This document shows, piece after piece, positions 8,197 through 16,881 of a stretch of 64,000 nt of DNA. The stretch comes from Antricoccus suffuscus (GTDB lineage Bacteria > Actinomycetota > Actinomycetes > Mycobacteriales > Antricoccaceae): NCBI RefSeq assembly GCF_003003235.1, contig NZ_PVUE01000003.1, forward strand, positions 181,150 through 245,149, in the 5' to 3' direction. The notes beneath the pieces were generated by a model that did no database searches, had not been told where the DNA came from, and was given only the letters and a program-made list of their open reading frames with translations. The first letter of the stretch is position 1, and each line of letters starts with the position of its first letter. The translations under genes and the position numbers were made by a program.

Positions 8197-11124
8197 ATTT
8201 CCACCACCGATGCGACAGACGAAGAACTGCAGCTGGGTTCTGACTCAGACGCTGAAGCCGACGGCCTTGCCACTGACACGAGCGGGGACGGCACGACCGC
8301 ACGCCCGAAGAAGTCCCGCGCCAAGGCCCGCGTCGGTGGCAAGAAGCTGGTCATTGTCGAGTCGCCGAAAAAGGCTCAGATGATTGCTGGCTACCTCGGC
8401 GACGATTACATGGTCGAGGCGAGCTACGGGCACATCCGGGATCTGCCCCGCAAGGGCTCACCGATACCCGCGAAGTACAAGGGCGAATCGTGGGCGCGGT
8501 TGGGCGTCGACACGGACAACGGCTTCATGCCGGTGTACGTCGTCGGTCCGGACAAGAAACAGCAGGTCGCGAAGCTCAAGAGTCTTCTGGCGCAGGCCGA
8601 CGAGCTCTACCTCGCCACGGACGAGGACCGCGAAGGGGAGGCCATTGCCTGGCACCTCGCGGAGATCCTCAAGCCAACCGTCCCAGTGCACCGGATGGTG
8701 TTCCACGAGATCACCCCGGCCGCGATCCGGGACGCGATTGCCAACACCCGTGAGCTCAACAACGACATGGTCCAGGCGCAGGAAACTCGCCGGGTCCTAG
8801 ATCGGTTGTACGGCTACGAAGTTTCGCCGGTCCTGTGGCGCAAGGTCGGTCAGGGCCTATCGGCTGGCCGGGTGCAGTCGGTGGCGACGCGCATCATCGT
8901 CGAGCGCGAGCGCTTGCGGATGAAGTTCAAGGCGGCCGACTACTGGAGCGTCAGCGGCGACTTCGCGACAGGGCTTAAAAACGACGATCCGCTCGAGCCA
9001 GGCTCGGTCAAGGCGACCCTCATCAACCTCGACGATCGCCGGGTAGCCGTCGGCCGCGACTTCGACCCCGACACAGGCCTCGCCGCGGCCAGCGTCGTAC
9101 ACCTTGACGAGTCTGGCGCCCGCGGCCTCATCGCGCGCCTCGAGGGTGCGGCATTTGAGGTCACCCGGGTCGATGAGAAGCCATACCGGCGTCGTCCGGC
9201 GGCGCCGTTCATGACCTCCACGCTGCAGCAGGAGGCCGGACGCAAGATGCGCTGGTCGAGCTCGCAGACGATGCGTACGGCGCAGCGACTGTATGAAAAC
9301 GGCTTCATCACCTACATGCGTACCGACTCCACGACGCTGTCGGAAACCGCGTTGAGCGCGGCCCGCAACCAGGCTCGCGAACTGTACGGCGACAAATACG
9401 TCCCGGCCGAGCCCCGCCGTTACCAGCGCAAAGTCAAGAATGCGCAGGAGGCGCACGAGGCGATCCGTCCGGCTGGTGACCAGTTCCGCACACCGGGCCA
9501 GGTGGCGAATCAGATGTCCTCAGACGAGTTCAGGCTCTACGAGATGGTCTGGATGCGCACGATCGCCTCTCAGATGGCCGATGCCGTCGGGCAGACCGTC
9601 TCAATCCGGCTGACGGGCGACTCCAGCACAGGTGAAAAGGCGGAGTTCAGCGCGACCGGTACGACGATCACCTTCCCGGGTTTCCTTCGTGCCTACGTCG
9701 AGTCGAAGGACGAAGACGACAGCAGCGGCAGCGACGACGAAGAGCGCCGGATGCCGAGAGTCGCGAAAGGCCAAGCGCTCACCGCTACGGACCTCACCGC
9801 CAAGGGCCACACGACCCAGCCGCCGGCCCGCTACACCGAACCGAGTCTCGTCAGCGCGTTGGAGGAGCTCGGTATCGGCCGGCCCGCGACGTACGCCTCA
9901 ATCATCCAGACAATCCAAGATCGCGGATATGTATGGAAAAAGGGCTCCGCGCTGATTCCGTCGTTCACAGCGTTTGCCGTCGTCACGCTCCTCGAACGCT
10001 ATTTCACCCGACTTGTCGACTACGACTTCACCGCCCAGGTCGAAGGCGACCTCGACGACATCGCCGATGGCACCCGCAGTCGTGTTGACTGGTTGACGCG
10101 CTTCTACTTCGGCGGCACCGGTGGCGAAGAGGGCGGCATCGCCCAGCTTGGCGGGCTGAAGAAGCTCGTCGCGGACAACCTCGGCGAGATCGACGCCCGC
10201 GGGATCAACTCGATCCCGCTCGAGGGCGGCGTCGTCGTACGCGTCGGCCGCTATGGGCCTTATCTTCAGCAGGGTGCGGACGATGACAGTCGGCGCGCGT
10301 CGGTGCCGGACAATCTGGCGCCCGATGAGCTGACGCCTGAGAAGGTCGAGGAGTTGCTGTCCGCGCCGTCGGGCGACCGGCCGCTCGGCAACGATCCGGA
10401 GTCCGGACAGGAAATCATCGCGAAGTCCGGTCGCTACGGGCCGTATGTCACGACCGTTCCCCCGGAAGACTCCAAGGAGTCCCCGCGGACCGCGAGCCTG
10501 TTCAAGTCGATGGACCTCGACACGATCACGCTTGAGGATGCGCTGAAGCTGCTCCAGATCCCGCGCCTCGTCGGCGCCGATGCCGAAGGCAACGAGATCC
10601 AGGCACTCAATGGTCGCTACGGTCCCTACCTCAAGAAGGGGTCGGACTCGCGCTCGCTGGAGACCGAGGAACAGATCCTCAACATCACGCTTGAAGAGGC
10701 GCTCGCGATCCTCGCCCAGCCGAAGCAGCGCGGGCGGGCGGCCGCGAAACCGCCGCTGCGCGAGATGGGTGACGATCCGGTCAGCGGCGTGAAGATGGTG
10801 GTCAAGGACGGTCGTTTCGGCCCGTATGTCACCGACGGTGAATACAACGCGTCACTGCGCAAGGACGACACGGTCGAGGAGTTGACCGACGAACGCGCGG
10901 CCGAGCTACTCGCCGACCGGCGCGCACGCGGCCCGGCCAAGAAGGCCAAGCGCGCGGCGAAAAAGGCACCCGCGAAGAAGGCGCCGGCGAAGAAAGCCGC
11001 CAAGAAGGCGCCCGCGAAGGCGACTGCTAAGAAGACCACGGCAGCTAAGAAGACCACTGCGACCAAGAAGACCACGGCGAAGAAGACCACCGCAGCGAAG
11101 GCTCCCGCCAAGAAGTCGACCTAG
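8197..11124 (+). CDS. topA: DNA topoisomerase I with C-terminal lysine-rich repeat tail
   Basis: Toprim and Topo IA motifs (SYGHIRDL; catalytic-Tyr region GYITYMRTDS). C-terminal KKAPAKKA / KKTTA repeats are typical of actinobacterial TopA. The conserved N-terminal KKLVIVESPKKAQ is encoded upstream of the first ATG (8380), and there is no in-frame ATG/GTG/TTG back to the stop at 8167. A possible ATT start at 8197 sits 5 nt after GGGAG. Start coordinate uncertain. Confidence 0.85.
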   Translation: MSTTDATDEELQLGSDSDAEADGLATDTSGDGTTARPKKSRAKARVGGKKLVIVESPKKAQMIAGYLGDDYMVEASYGHIRDLPRKGSPIPAKYKGESWARLGVDTDNGFMPVYVVGPDKKQQVAKLKSLLAQADELYLATDEDREGEAIAWHLAEILKPTVPVHRMVFHEITPAAIRDAIANTRELNNDMVQAQETRRVLDRLYGYEVSPVLWRKVGQGLSAGRVQSVATRIIVERERLRMKFKAADYWSVSGDFATGLKNDDPLEPGSVKATLINLDDRRVAVGRDFDPDTGLAAASVVHLDESGARGLIARLEGAAFEVTRVDEKPYRRRPAAPFMTSTLQQEAGRKMRWSSSQTMRTAQRLYENGFITYMRTDSTTLSETALSAARNQARELYGDKYVPAEPRRYQRKVKNAQEAHEAIRPAGDQFRTPGQVANQMSSDEFRLYEMVWMRTIASQMADAVGQTVSIRLTGDSSTGEKAEFSATGTTITFPGFLRAYVESKDEDDSSGSDDEERRMPRVAKGQALTATDLTAKGHTTQPPARYTEPSLVSALEELGIGRPATYASIIQTIQDRGYVWKKGSALIPSFTAFAVVTLLERYFTRLVDYDFTAQVEGDLDDIADGTRSRVDWLTRFYFGGTGGEEGGIAQLGGLKKLVADNLGEIDARGINSIPLEGGVVVRVGRYGPYLQQGADDDSRRASVPDNLAPDELTPEKVEELLSAPSGDRPLGNDPESGQEIIAKSGRYGPYVTTVPPEDSKESPRTASLFKSMDLDTITLEDALKLLQIPRLVGADAEGNEIQALNGRYGPYLKKGSDSRSLETEEQILNITLEEALAILAQPKQRGRAAAKPPLREMGDDPVSGVKMVVKDGRFGPYVTDGEYNASLRKDDTVEELTDERAAELLADRRARGPAKKAKRAAKKAPAKKAPAKKAAKKAPAKATAKKTTAAKKTTATKKTTAKKTTAAKAPAKKST

Positions 11125-11127
11125 GTC

Positions 11128-11901
11128 GTGACCCCGGTCAATGTGGTCGCTCTCGGCGACAGCGTGTCGGAGGGCGTGGGTGACCCGGGCAAGGGTCGTC
11201 TTTTGGGCTGGATCCACCACCTGACAACCGATCCGGAAATCGCGACCGGTCTCAACCTGCCGACCAACTTTGCGCTGACCGGAGCGAAGATCTGCGACGT
11301 ACGCCGTGATCAGCTACCGCAGGCGCGCGCGATGGACGCGGATCTCTACATCTGCGTGATCGGCGTCAACGACGTGATGTCGAGCAGCTTCCGACGATCG
11401 CGGTTCGAGGCCGACTACGACTACGTCATCGACGCATTGATGAACGTAGCTCGCCGCGGTGTACTGACGATGACGCTGCACGACGTAGTTGGAGGCATCC
11501 CGCTTCCGGCAAGCAAGTTGGCCTGTCATCGCGACCGCGCCGAGCAGGCCAACCGCGTGATCGAACGCGTGTCGGCGAAGTACGGCGCGTGGCTGCTCGA
11601 GGCGCGAGACGCGCTGCCCATGCGGGGCAGTGGAATGCTCAGCATCGATCGGTTGCACCCCAACCGGCGTGGTCATCGCTACCTCGCGTCGATGGCCGCC
11701 GCCGAGCTGCACGCCCATGGTGTGGTGCCGCAACCGCCAAAGCTGACGGTCCCGCCGGCGCAGCCGTTGCGCGCTCGTAGTCTCGGTGCGGCCCGTCATG
11801 GGCTGTGGCTCGGGCGCCACCTGACCGCGCCGGTCGTCGATCACGTCTGGTTCAGGGCAGCGCGGCGTACCGACGGGGGATCGCTGACTCCGCTTTCTTA
11901 G
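11128..11901 (+). CDS. SGNH/GDSL-family hydrolase
   Basis: Block I motif VVALGDSVSEG. GTG start 3 nt after the topA stop. 3' end overlaps the convergent AlkZ-like gene by 50 bp. Confidence 0.7.
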   Translation: MTPVNVVALGDSVSEGVGDPGKGRLLGWIHHLTTDPEIATGLNLPTNFALTGAKICDVRRDQLPQARAMDADLYICVIGVNDVMSSSFRRSRFEADYDYVIDALMNVARRGVLTMTLHDVVGGIPLPASKLACHRDRAEQANRVIERVSAKYGAWLLEARDALPMRGSGMLSIDRLHPNRRGHRYLASMAAAELHAHGVVPQPPKLTVPPAQPLRARSLGAARHGLWLGRHLTAPVVDHVWFRAARRTDGGSLTPLS

Positions 11902-12910
11902 TGAAGGTGGTAAACGGCGTCGCGGAGACGGTTGCCTTCTTGCCGCTGCCGTGGCGTTTCCAGGTGCCCACCACTGCGCCGTTGTCGACGACGGACGCCA
12001 TGAACATGCCGTTGTTGCCAGGGACGAGGCGAGGGGCGAACTTGGTCGGTAGGGCCGCGCCGCGGTCTTGATAACCGAGCATGAACTCGTCGAACCCGGG
12101 TAGCAGGAAGACGCCCTTCGCGTTGGCGCTGTGCTCCGCGAGCCGGTCCGGTGTTTGCGGATCCATAAAGTATTCGACGCCGTCGACTTCGACGCGCTCG
12201 AGAAACGGTCGGGCGATCGCGAGTCCGGCCTTGACATCAACCATCAACAGCTTCGTCCACCACGCGAAGTCTTTGACCGTGGCCGGTCCGTGGCTGCGGA
12301 AGTAGCGCAGCGCCCACTCGCCGACCGCTTCGTCGCGATCGAGCCTCCGCGGTCGGCGTACCCATTCGTCGAGCATTACGAGCCGTTGCTCGCCTTTTTG
12401 GAAGGGGCCGAAGCACAGTACGCCGAGCTGCGCGAGCTGGAAGATCAGGCGATAACCTTGCCCGGGCGCGACGACTAGGCCGGCTTCATCCCAAAGGGCG
12501 AGGAGTTCGCTGCGGCGTAGTTGGCCGCCGCCTTCCAGAGCGGTGACGGCCACCTTGCGAGCCTGGTCGATCATCGCATCGTCGATGCCGAGCTCGGCAC
12601 GCCGGGGCGCGGTCGCGATGATCATCCGAGCCGCCGTGAGGCCAAGCATCCAGCCGAGATCTTCGCCTGCGACGAAGTGCAGCGTGCCGCGCATCGGCCA
12701 CGACTTCACGATCTCGCCGGCATCCATTGCCTCATGCACACCGGACCGATCTCGCCCGGCGGTGCGTAGGGCAACTGACGTGACGGCACCGGGATCTTGC
12801 GCCTGGACGGCGGTCATCCATTGCACCGCCTCGCCGGCCGATCCGAAGCCGGGTCCGGCGATGCGTTGCGCGGCTAGCCGAAGTCGCGCGAGGTCTCGTT
12901 GGCTCGTCAT
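11852..12910 (-). CDS. Winged-helix DNA glycosylase of the YcaQ/AlkZ (HTH_42) family
   Basis: Length (~352 aa) and overall pattern match HTH_42 / YcaQ-AlkZ proteins. The N-terminal region has Q-A-Q-D (AVQAQDPG), resembling the catalytic Q-phi-Q motif. Start is ATG 12910 or TTG 12943. Confidence 0.65.
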   Translation of the reverse strand: MTSQRDLARLRLAAQRIAGPGFGSAGEAVQWMTAVQAQDPGAVTSVALRTAGRDRSGVHEAMDAGEIVKSWPMRGTLHFVAGEDLGWMLGLTAARMIIATAPRRAELGIDDAMIDQARKVAVTALEGGGQLRRSELLALWDEAGLVVAPGQGYRLIFQLAQLGVLCFGPFQKGEQRLVMLDEWVRRPRRLDRDEAVGEWALRYFRSHGPATVKDFAWWTKLLMVDVKAGLAIARPFLERVEVDGVEYFMDPQTPDRLAEHSANAKGVFLLPGFDEFMLGYQDRGAALPTKFAPRLVPGNNGMFMASVVDNGAVVGTWKRHGSGKKATVSATPFTTFTKKAESAIPRRYAALP

Positions 12911-12978
12911 CGCCCGACAGTAGTCAACGACCCCGACAAACAACGTGCCACGACCTGTCCGCGCGGTGTAATCGCGCG

Positions 12979-14622
12979 CTATCCCAGGCGGGCGTAGTCG
13001 ATGATCGCCTCGTAGTCGACGTTGCGCAGAGTGCCGAAGCCTGGACCCCAGTCGCCGCCCAGCCGACTATCGATGAATGCTTCGGCGACAACGGTTGGCG
13101 CATGCTCCAGCAGCAGGGCCGCCTGGGTTGCCAACGCGATCTTGGTGACAAGGTAGCGCGCCGTATCGGCTGGGGAGTCCAGCATCGACTCGATGTCGCG
13201 CATCGCCTGGTCCAATGCGGAGTGCGCGCCGGAGACGGTCCGGATCTCGTCCAGGATCGGTTCGATCGTCTTGGGCTCACGGGTGAGGACCCGACCGACA
13301 TCCATCACCATCATGTTGGAGGTACCTTCCCAGATCGCATTCAGCGGCGCTTCGCGGTAGTAGCGCGGCAGCGGGTGTTCCTCGATGTAGCCGTTGCCGC
13401 CGACGCACTGAATCGACTCCTCGACTACCGCGCTTACTCGGCGGCAGTTCCAGTATTTGCTCACCGGTGTCAGAAGCCGGCTCGTCAGCGAGTCCTCCAG
13501 ATCGTGGCCGTCTTCGGCCCGGGCGACCCGGAATCCCAAGTGCGCCGCGCCGGCCCATTCCAGCGCGAGGTCGGCGAGGACCGGTGCCTGGATCGGTAGA
13601 TCGGACAGTCGCTTTCCGAAGGCCCCGCGGTAGTCGTTGTAGAAGAGTGCCTGCGATAGTGCCGCCCGCATCAGGCCGGCCGAACCGACGGCGAAGTCGA
13701 GCCGGGTGTATTCGGACGAGCTGAGGATGGTGCGAATGCCGTGTGCTTCTTCGCCGACCAAAATCGCGTATGCATCGTGATACTCGATCTCCGACGACGC
13801 ATTCGCCCGGTTGCCAAGTTTGTCTTTGAGGCGGTTGATCCGGATTCCGTTGGGGGTGCCGTCGGGTCGCCAGCGCGGCACGAACAGGCACGACGTACCA
13901 CCCTCGGTCTGCGCGACGGTGAGGTAAGCGTCCGACATCGGTGCGCTGCAGAACCATTTGTGGCCGTTCACGATGTATTCCTCGCCGTCTCCGCGCGGCC
14001 CGACGGGGCGGGCGACGGTCACGTTGGCGCGCAAATCGGAGCCGCCCTGTTTCTCGGTCATCGCGTAGGCGATCGTCGCCGCCCGCTTCGTCTCGATTGG
14101 TGCGTACGCCGGGTCGTAGTCATGCGCCGCCACGCGCTCGGCCCACGGCGCGAGCGCCGGATGCGCCCGCAGGATGGGGATCGCGGCGTACGCCATTCCC
14201 ATCGGGCAGGCAGTGCTGCCGTCGACTTGATTCCACAGGTAGGACTGGACCGCGCGCGCGAGATGGGAGCCTTGTTCCTTGCTCGTCCAAGCGAGAGCAT
14301 GGGCGCTGGCGCCGAAGGCCATCGACATGAGCTCGTGGTACGCCGGATGGAACTCGACGACGTCAAGCCGGTTGCCGACTCGGTCGAGGGTGCGCAGCTC
14401 AGGCAGGAAACGCTGAGCGTCGCGGGCCGCTCGAAGGGTGTTCGGATCCCAGACGAGATCGCCCAGGTCGGTGGCGTTGTGCTCCGACCACGGCGCGAAT
14501 CGAGCGAGGACGTCGGTCGCGATCTTGTCTCCGGTAAATGCGTTGACGTTATTGAGGTCGGGAACGAGGTTGGCGGCGCTCTCGCGTGGGCGGGTGAAAT
14601 CGGACTCGGCAGCACTGGTCAT
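12979..14622 (-). CDS. AidB-like acyl-CoA dehydrogenase family protein (putative DNA alkylation response protein)
   Basis: 547 aa. ACAD fold with C-terminal GGNGYIEE ... YYREAPLNAIWEGTSN and an N-terminal ~150-aa extension. Size matches E. coli AidB (541 aa) rather than a FadE. Confidence 0.65.
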   Translation of the reverse strand: MTSAAESDFTRPRESAANLVPDLNNVNAFTGDKIATDVLARFAPWSEHNATDLGDLVWDPNTLRAARDAQRFLPELRTLDRVGNRLDVVEFHPAYHELMSMAFGASAHALAWTSKEQGSHLARAVQSYLWNQVDGSTACPMGMAYAAIPILRAHPALAPWAERVAAHDYDPAYAPIETKRAATIAYAMTEKQGGSDLRANVTVARPVGPRGDGEEYIVNGHKWFCSAPMSDAYLTVAQTEGGTSCLFVPRWRPDGTPNGIRINRLKDKLGNRANASSEIEYHDAYAILVGEEAHGIRTILSSSEYTRLDFAVGSAGLMRAALSQALFYNDYRGAFGKRLSDLPIQAPVLADLALEWAGAAHLGFRVARAEDGHDLEDSLTSRLLTPVSKYWNCRRVSAVVEESIQCVGGNGYIEEHPLPRYYREAPLNAIWEGTSNMMVMDVGRVLTREPKTIEPILDEIRTVSGAHSALDQAMRDIESMLDSPADTARYLVTKIALATQAALLLEHAPTVVAEAFIDSRLGGDWGPGFGTLRNVDYEAIIDYARLG

Positions 14623-14777
14623 TTTTTGGTCCTTTGCTTGGGCTGTTAGTCGACAATGCGCGCCGCGGCGGGTCGGTGGTGATCGCCCGTACGACCTCCA
14701 ATTCGCGTGTGCAGATCGAATCGAGCATCATGATTCATCAGTGGATCAGGATTGATTCCTGACGTCAACGAGCAGTC

Positions 14778-16793
14778 TCATTCGCCGGCGTTCTTGCGCC
14801 GGCCGGCCTTCTTGATCGTGCGAGATGGTGTTTTACGGCTCGCGGGATAGGTCGTGTAGCGACGCCCGGTGGGGCTGATCCAGTCGATGCTGGCGTCGTC
14901 GTTGAGGGTGAGCCGCCACCCGGTCTGGTGTTTCACTCGATGATGTAGCGCGCACAGGCATGCCAGATTATGGTCGGCCGTCGACCCGAGCGGGAACTCC
15001 ACGACATGGTCGAGGTGACAGTACTGCGCCTTGCGTGCGCAGCCCGGGAAGCGGCAGGTCTGGTCCCGGGTGATAACTCGCCGGCGCATGTCGGCTGGTA
15101 TCCGATAGCGGGTTTTGCCGACGTCATAGACGATGCCGGTGACGGGATCGGCGAGGACGCGTCGCCAGCGAGCGTCGCGAGCGAGGTGGCGGGCGAGGTC
15201 GGGGTCGATCGGACCGACTCCGTCGAGGACTGCGGTATGCCGCGCCGCGATTTCGTCGTTCTCGTCGTGCTGATCGCTGTCGTCGGGCACACGTGTCCCT
15301 TCGTCGAAATGGTCGGTTCGATTGGTGCGTGTGCCATTGTCGTCGGGCACAGGTGTCCCGTCGTGCTCGGCGCGATCCCTGCCGGCGAGTAGGTCAACCG
15401 GGATCGTCACGTCCAGATGCACGTCGGGTGGCCTGGGGATTGTGAAGTTGAGTTGCGCGGCCAGCTGCCGGATCATCTCCCACAGTTCACCGACCCGTTG
15501 GACCTCGCTCGGATCGATCAGCGGCAGGATCCGTTCGTTGCCACCCCATAGCGCCCGTCCCAGCCGGTCGGCGTCGTGTTCGGGCTTGTAGAAGGTGAAG
15601 TCTGGCTCGTCATCATCCCGGGCGACGGCTAGCGGTAGCCCACGATAGGGATCCGGCACGTCGTCCTCGGCGCTGCTGTCCGTGCCGGTTGTTGGAGCAA
15701 CGTCAGCATCGCGGCTACCTACTGCGCCGTCTGTGGCATCCGTATCTTTGTCGCCCGCGGCCTCGTCGCTGTCGTCGCAATCGGAGGCGTGGGGATCGGC
15801 GCGCTGAGGGTCGACGTAGCCGTATCCGTAATCGGGCTCCGGTTCGTCGTTGTCGCAGTAATCGGCGTTCTCGGCCGCATCGCCCGGACCCGTGGCAGCG
15901 CCGCCGCCATGGTGGCCGTTAGCGTTGTCGCGGCCATCGGCGTTGCCCGCTGGAGTGGTGAACGCGGCCGGACCCAGCACACAAGTCACGAGCGCATCCG
16001 CGCGCAGCTGGTCGCGGGTGCGCGGGTCGTCCGGGTCCGCGGTATCGGCCAGTGCATCAAGCGCGAGGTCGAGAGCTTTGGCTTGAGCGGCGGGTAGCTC
16101 GCCGAGCAAGTGCGCGACCATCCCATCGGGCATGATGGCGACATAGCGGTCGTCTTCACGGTCTCGTCGTGTTTTGGCCGCAAGCGGTGCGCCGAGCACG
16201 GTGATGATCGCCTCGCGGATTCGCCGAGCCCATGACACGCTCGTATCACCCGCGGCGTGCGGCAGCACCAGCTTCTCTACCGCTTGCTTCTGCTCACGCG
16301 TGAGCGCGTTGGTCTCGGCCAGCAAGATGTTCAACTTTGCCGGCGTCACGCCACTTGCGGCCCGGGTGAGTGCATTGACCGTGTCCGGGAAGTTTTCCCC
16401 GGCGTTCAGGGCCTTGTCCAAGCGTCGACCCGCGGTGCGCAGGCTCAGCCCGCAGTCCGGCGCGTATTCGCTCAAGACAAGTTCGCGGGCATTGAGCCAC
16501 GCGTCACCGCGGTCGGTTGTGCCATCGGTATGTGGTCGGGGTGCGCCCGGGAAGGTGCCTCCGGGAAGCAGGGTGAAGGCGTGCCGGTGAGCGGTAAGCA
16601 AGGCCGTAATTTCGCGGTAGGCCAGCAGCGCCTGCGCGTGTTCGAGAGAAGCGAGCTCGCAGAGCTGATGGTCGAAGACGCGTTCGGAGTAGCTCGACTC
16701 GGGAAGACTGGCCAGGTGGCTAGAGTCGCCACGACTGCCACCGTCGCTGGCGACGGCGCCGCCGGAGAGCGAGGTTTCCTGGGTCGTGGTCAT
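14778..16793 (-). CDS. DUF222 / HNH endonuclease-signature protein (REP13E12-type) with an expanded acidic linker
   Basis: C-terminal HNH motif CRFPGCARKAQYCHLDHVVEF ... NLACLCALHH. The ~100-aa Asp/Glu-rich low-complexity insert is encoded at ~15700-16000. Confidence 0.8.
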   Translation of the reverse strand: MTTTQETSLSGGAVASDGGSRGDSSHLASLPESSYSERVFDHQLCELASLEHAQALLAYREITALLTAHRHAFTLLPGGTFPGAPRPHTDGTTDRGDAWLNARELVLSEYAPDCGLSLRTAGRRLDKALNAGENFPDTVNALTRAASGVTPAKLNILLAETNALTREQKQAVEKLVLPHAAGDTSVSWARRIREAIITVLGAPLAAKTRRDREDDRYVAIMPDGMVAHLLGELPAAQAKALDLALDALADTADPDDPRTRDQLRADALVTCVLGPAAFTTPAGNADGRDNANGHHGGGAATGPGDAAENADYCDNDEPEPDYGYGYVDPQRADPHASDCDDSDEAAGDKDTDATDGAVGSRDADVAPTTGTDSSAEDDVPDPYRGLPLAVARDDDEPDFTFYKPEHDADRLGRALWGGNERILPLIDPSEVQRVGELWEMIRQLAAQLNFTIPRPPDVHLDVTIPVDLLAGRDRAEHDGTPVPDDNGTRTNRTDHFDEGTRVPDDSDQHDENDEIAARHTAVLDGVGPIDPDLARHLARDARWRRVLADPVTGIVYDVGKTRYRIPADMRRRVITRDQTCRFPGCARKAQYCHLDHVVEFPLGSTADHNLACLCALHHRVKHQTGWRLTLNDDASIDWISPTGRRYTTYPASRKTPSRTIKKAGRRKNAGE

Positions 16794-16881
16794 GAATTAA
16801 TCATAGAACATGCGTACGACAAGAATGTTGGCGTTTTTCAGCGCACGTGTTCAGTGCGGTCGCCATCTATTGGTGGGCAAG

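Noticed and set aside
14778-16793. HNH/DUF222 gene as part of an insertion sequence or prophage
   Set aside because: No transposase or integrase, no flanking inverted or direct repeats, no GC discontinuity. Treated as a stand-alone REP13E12-type gene.
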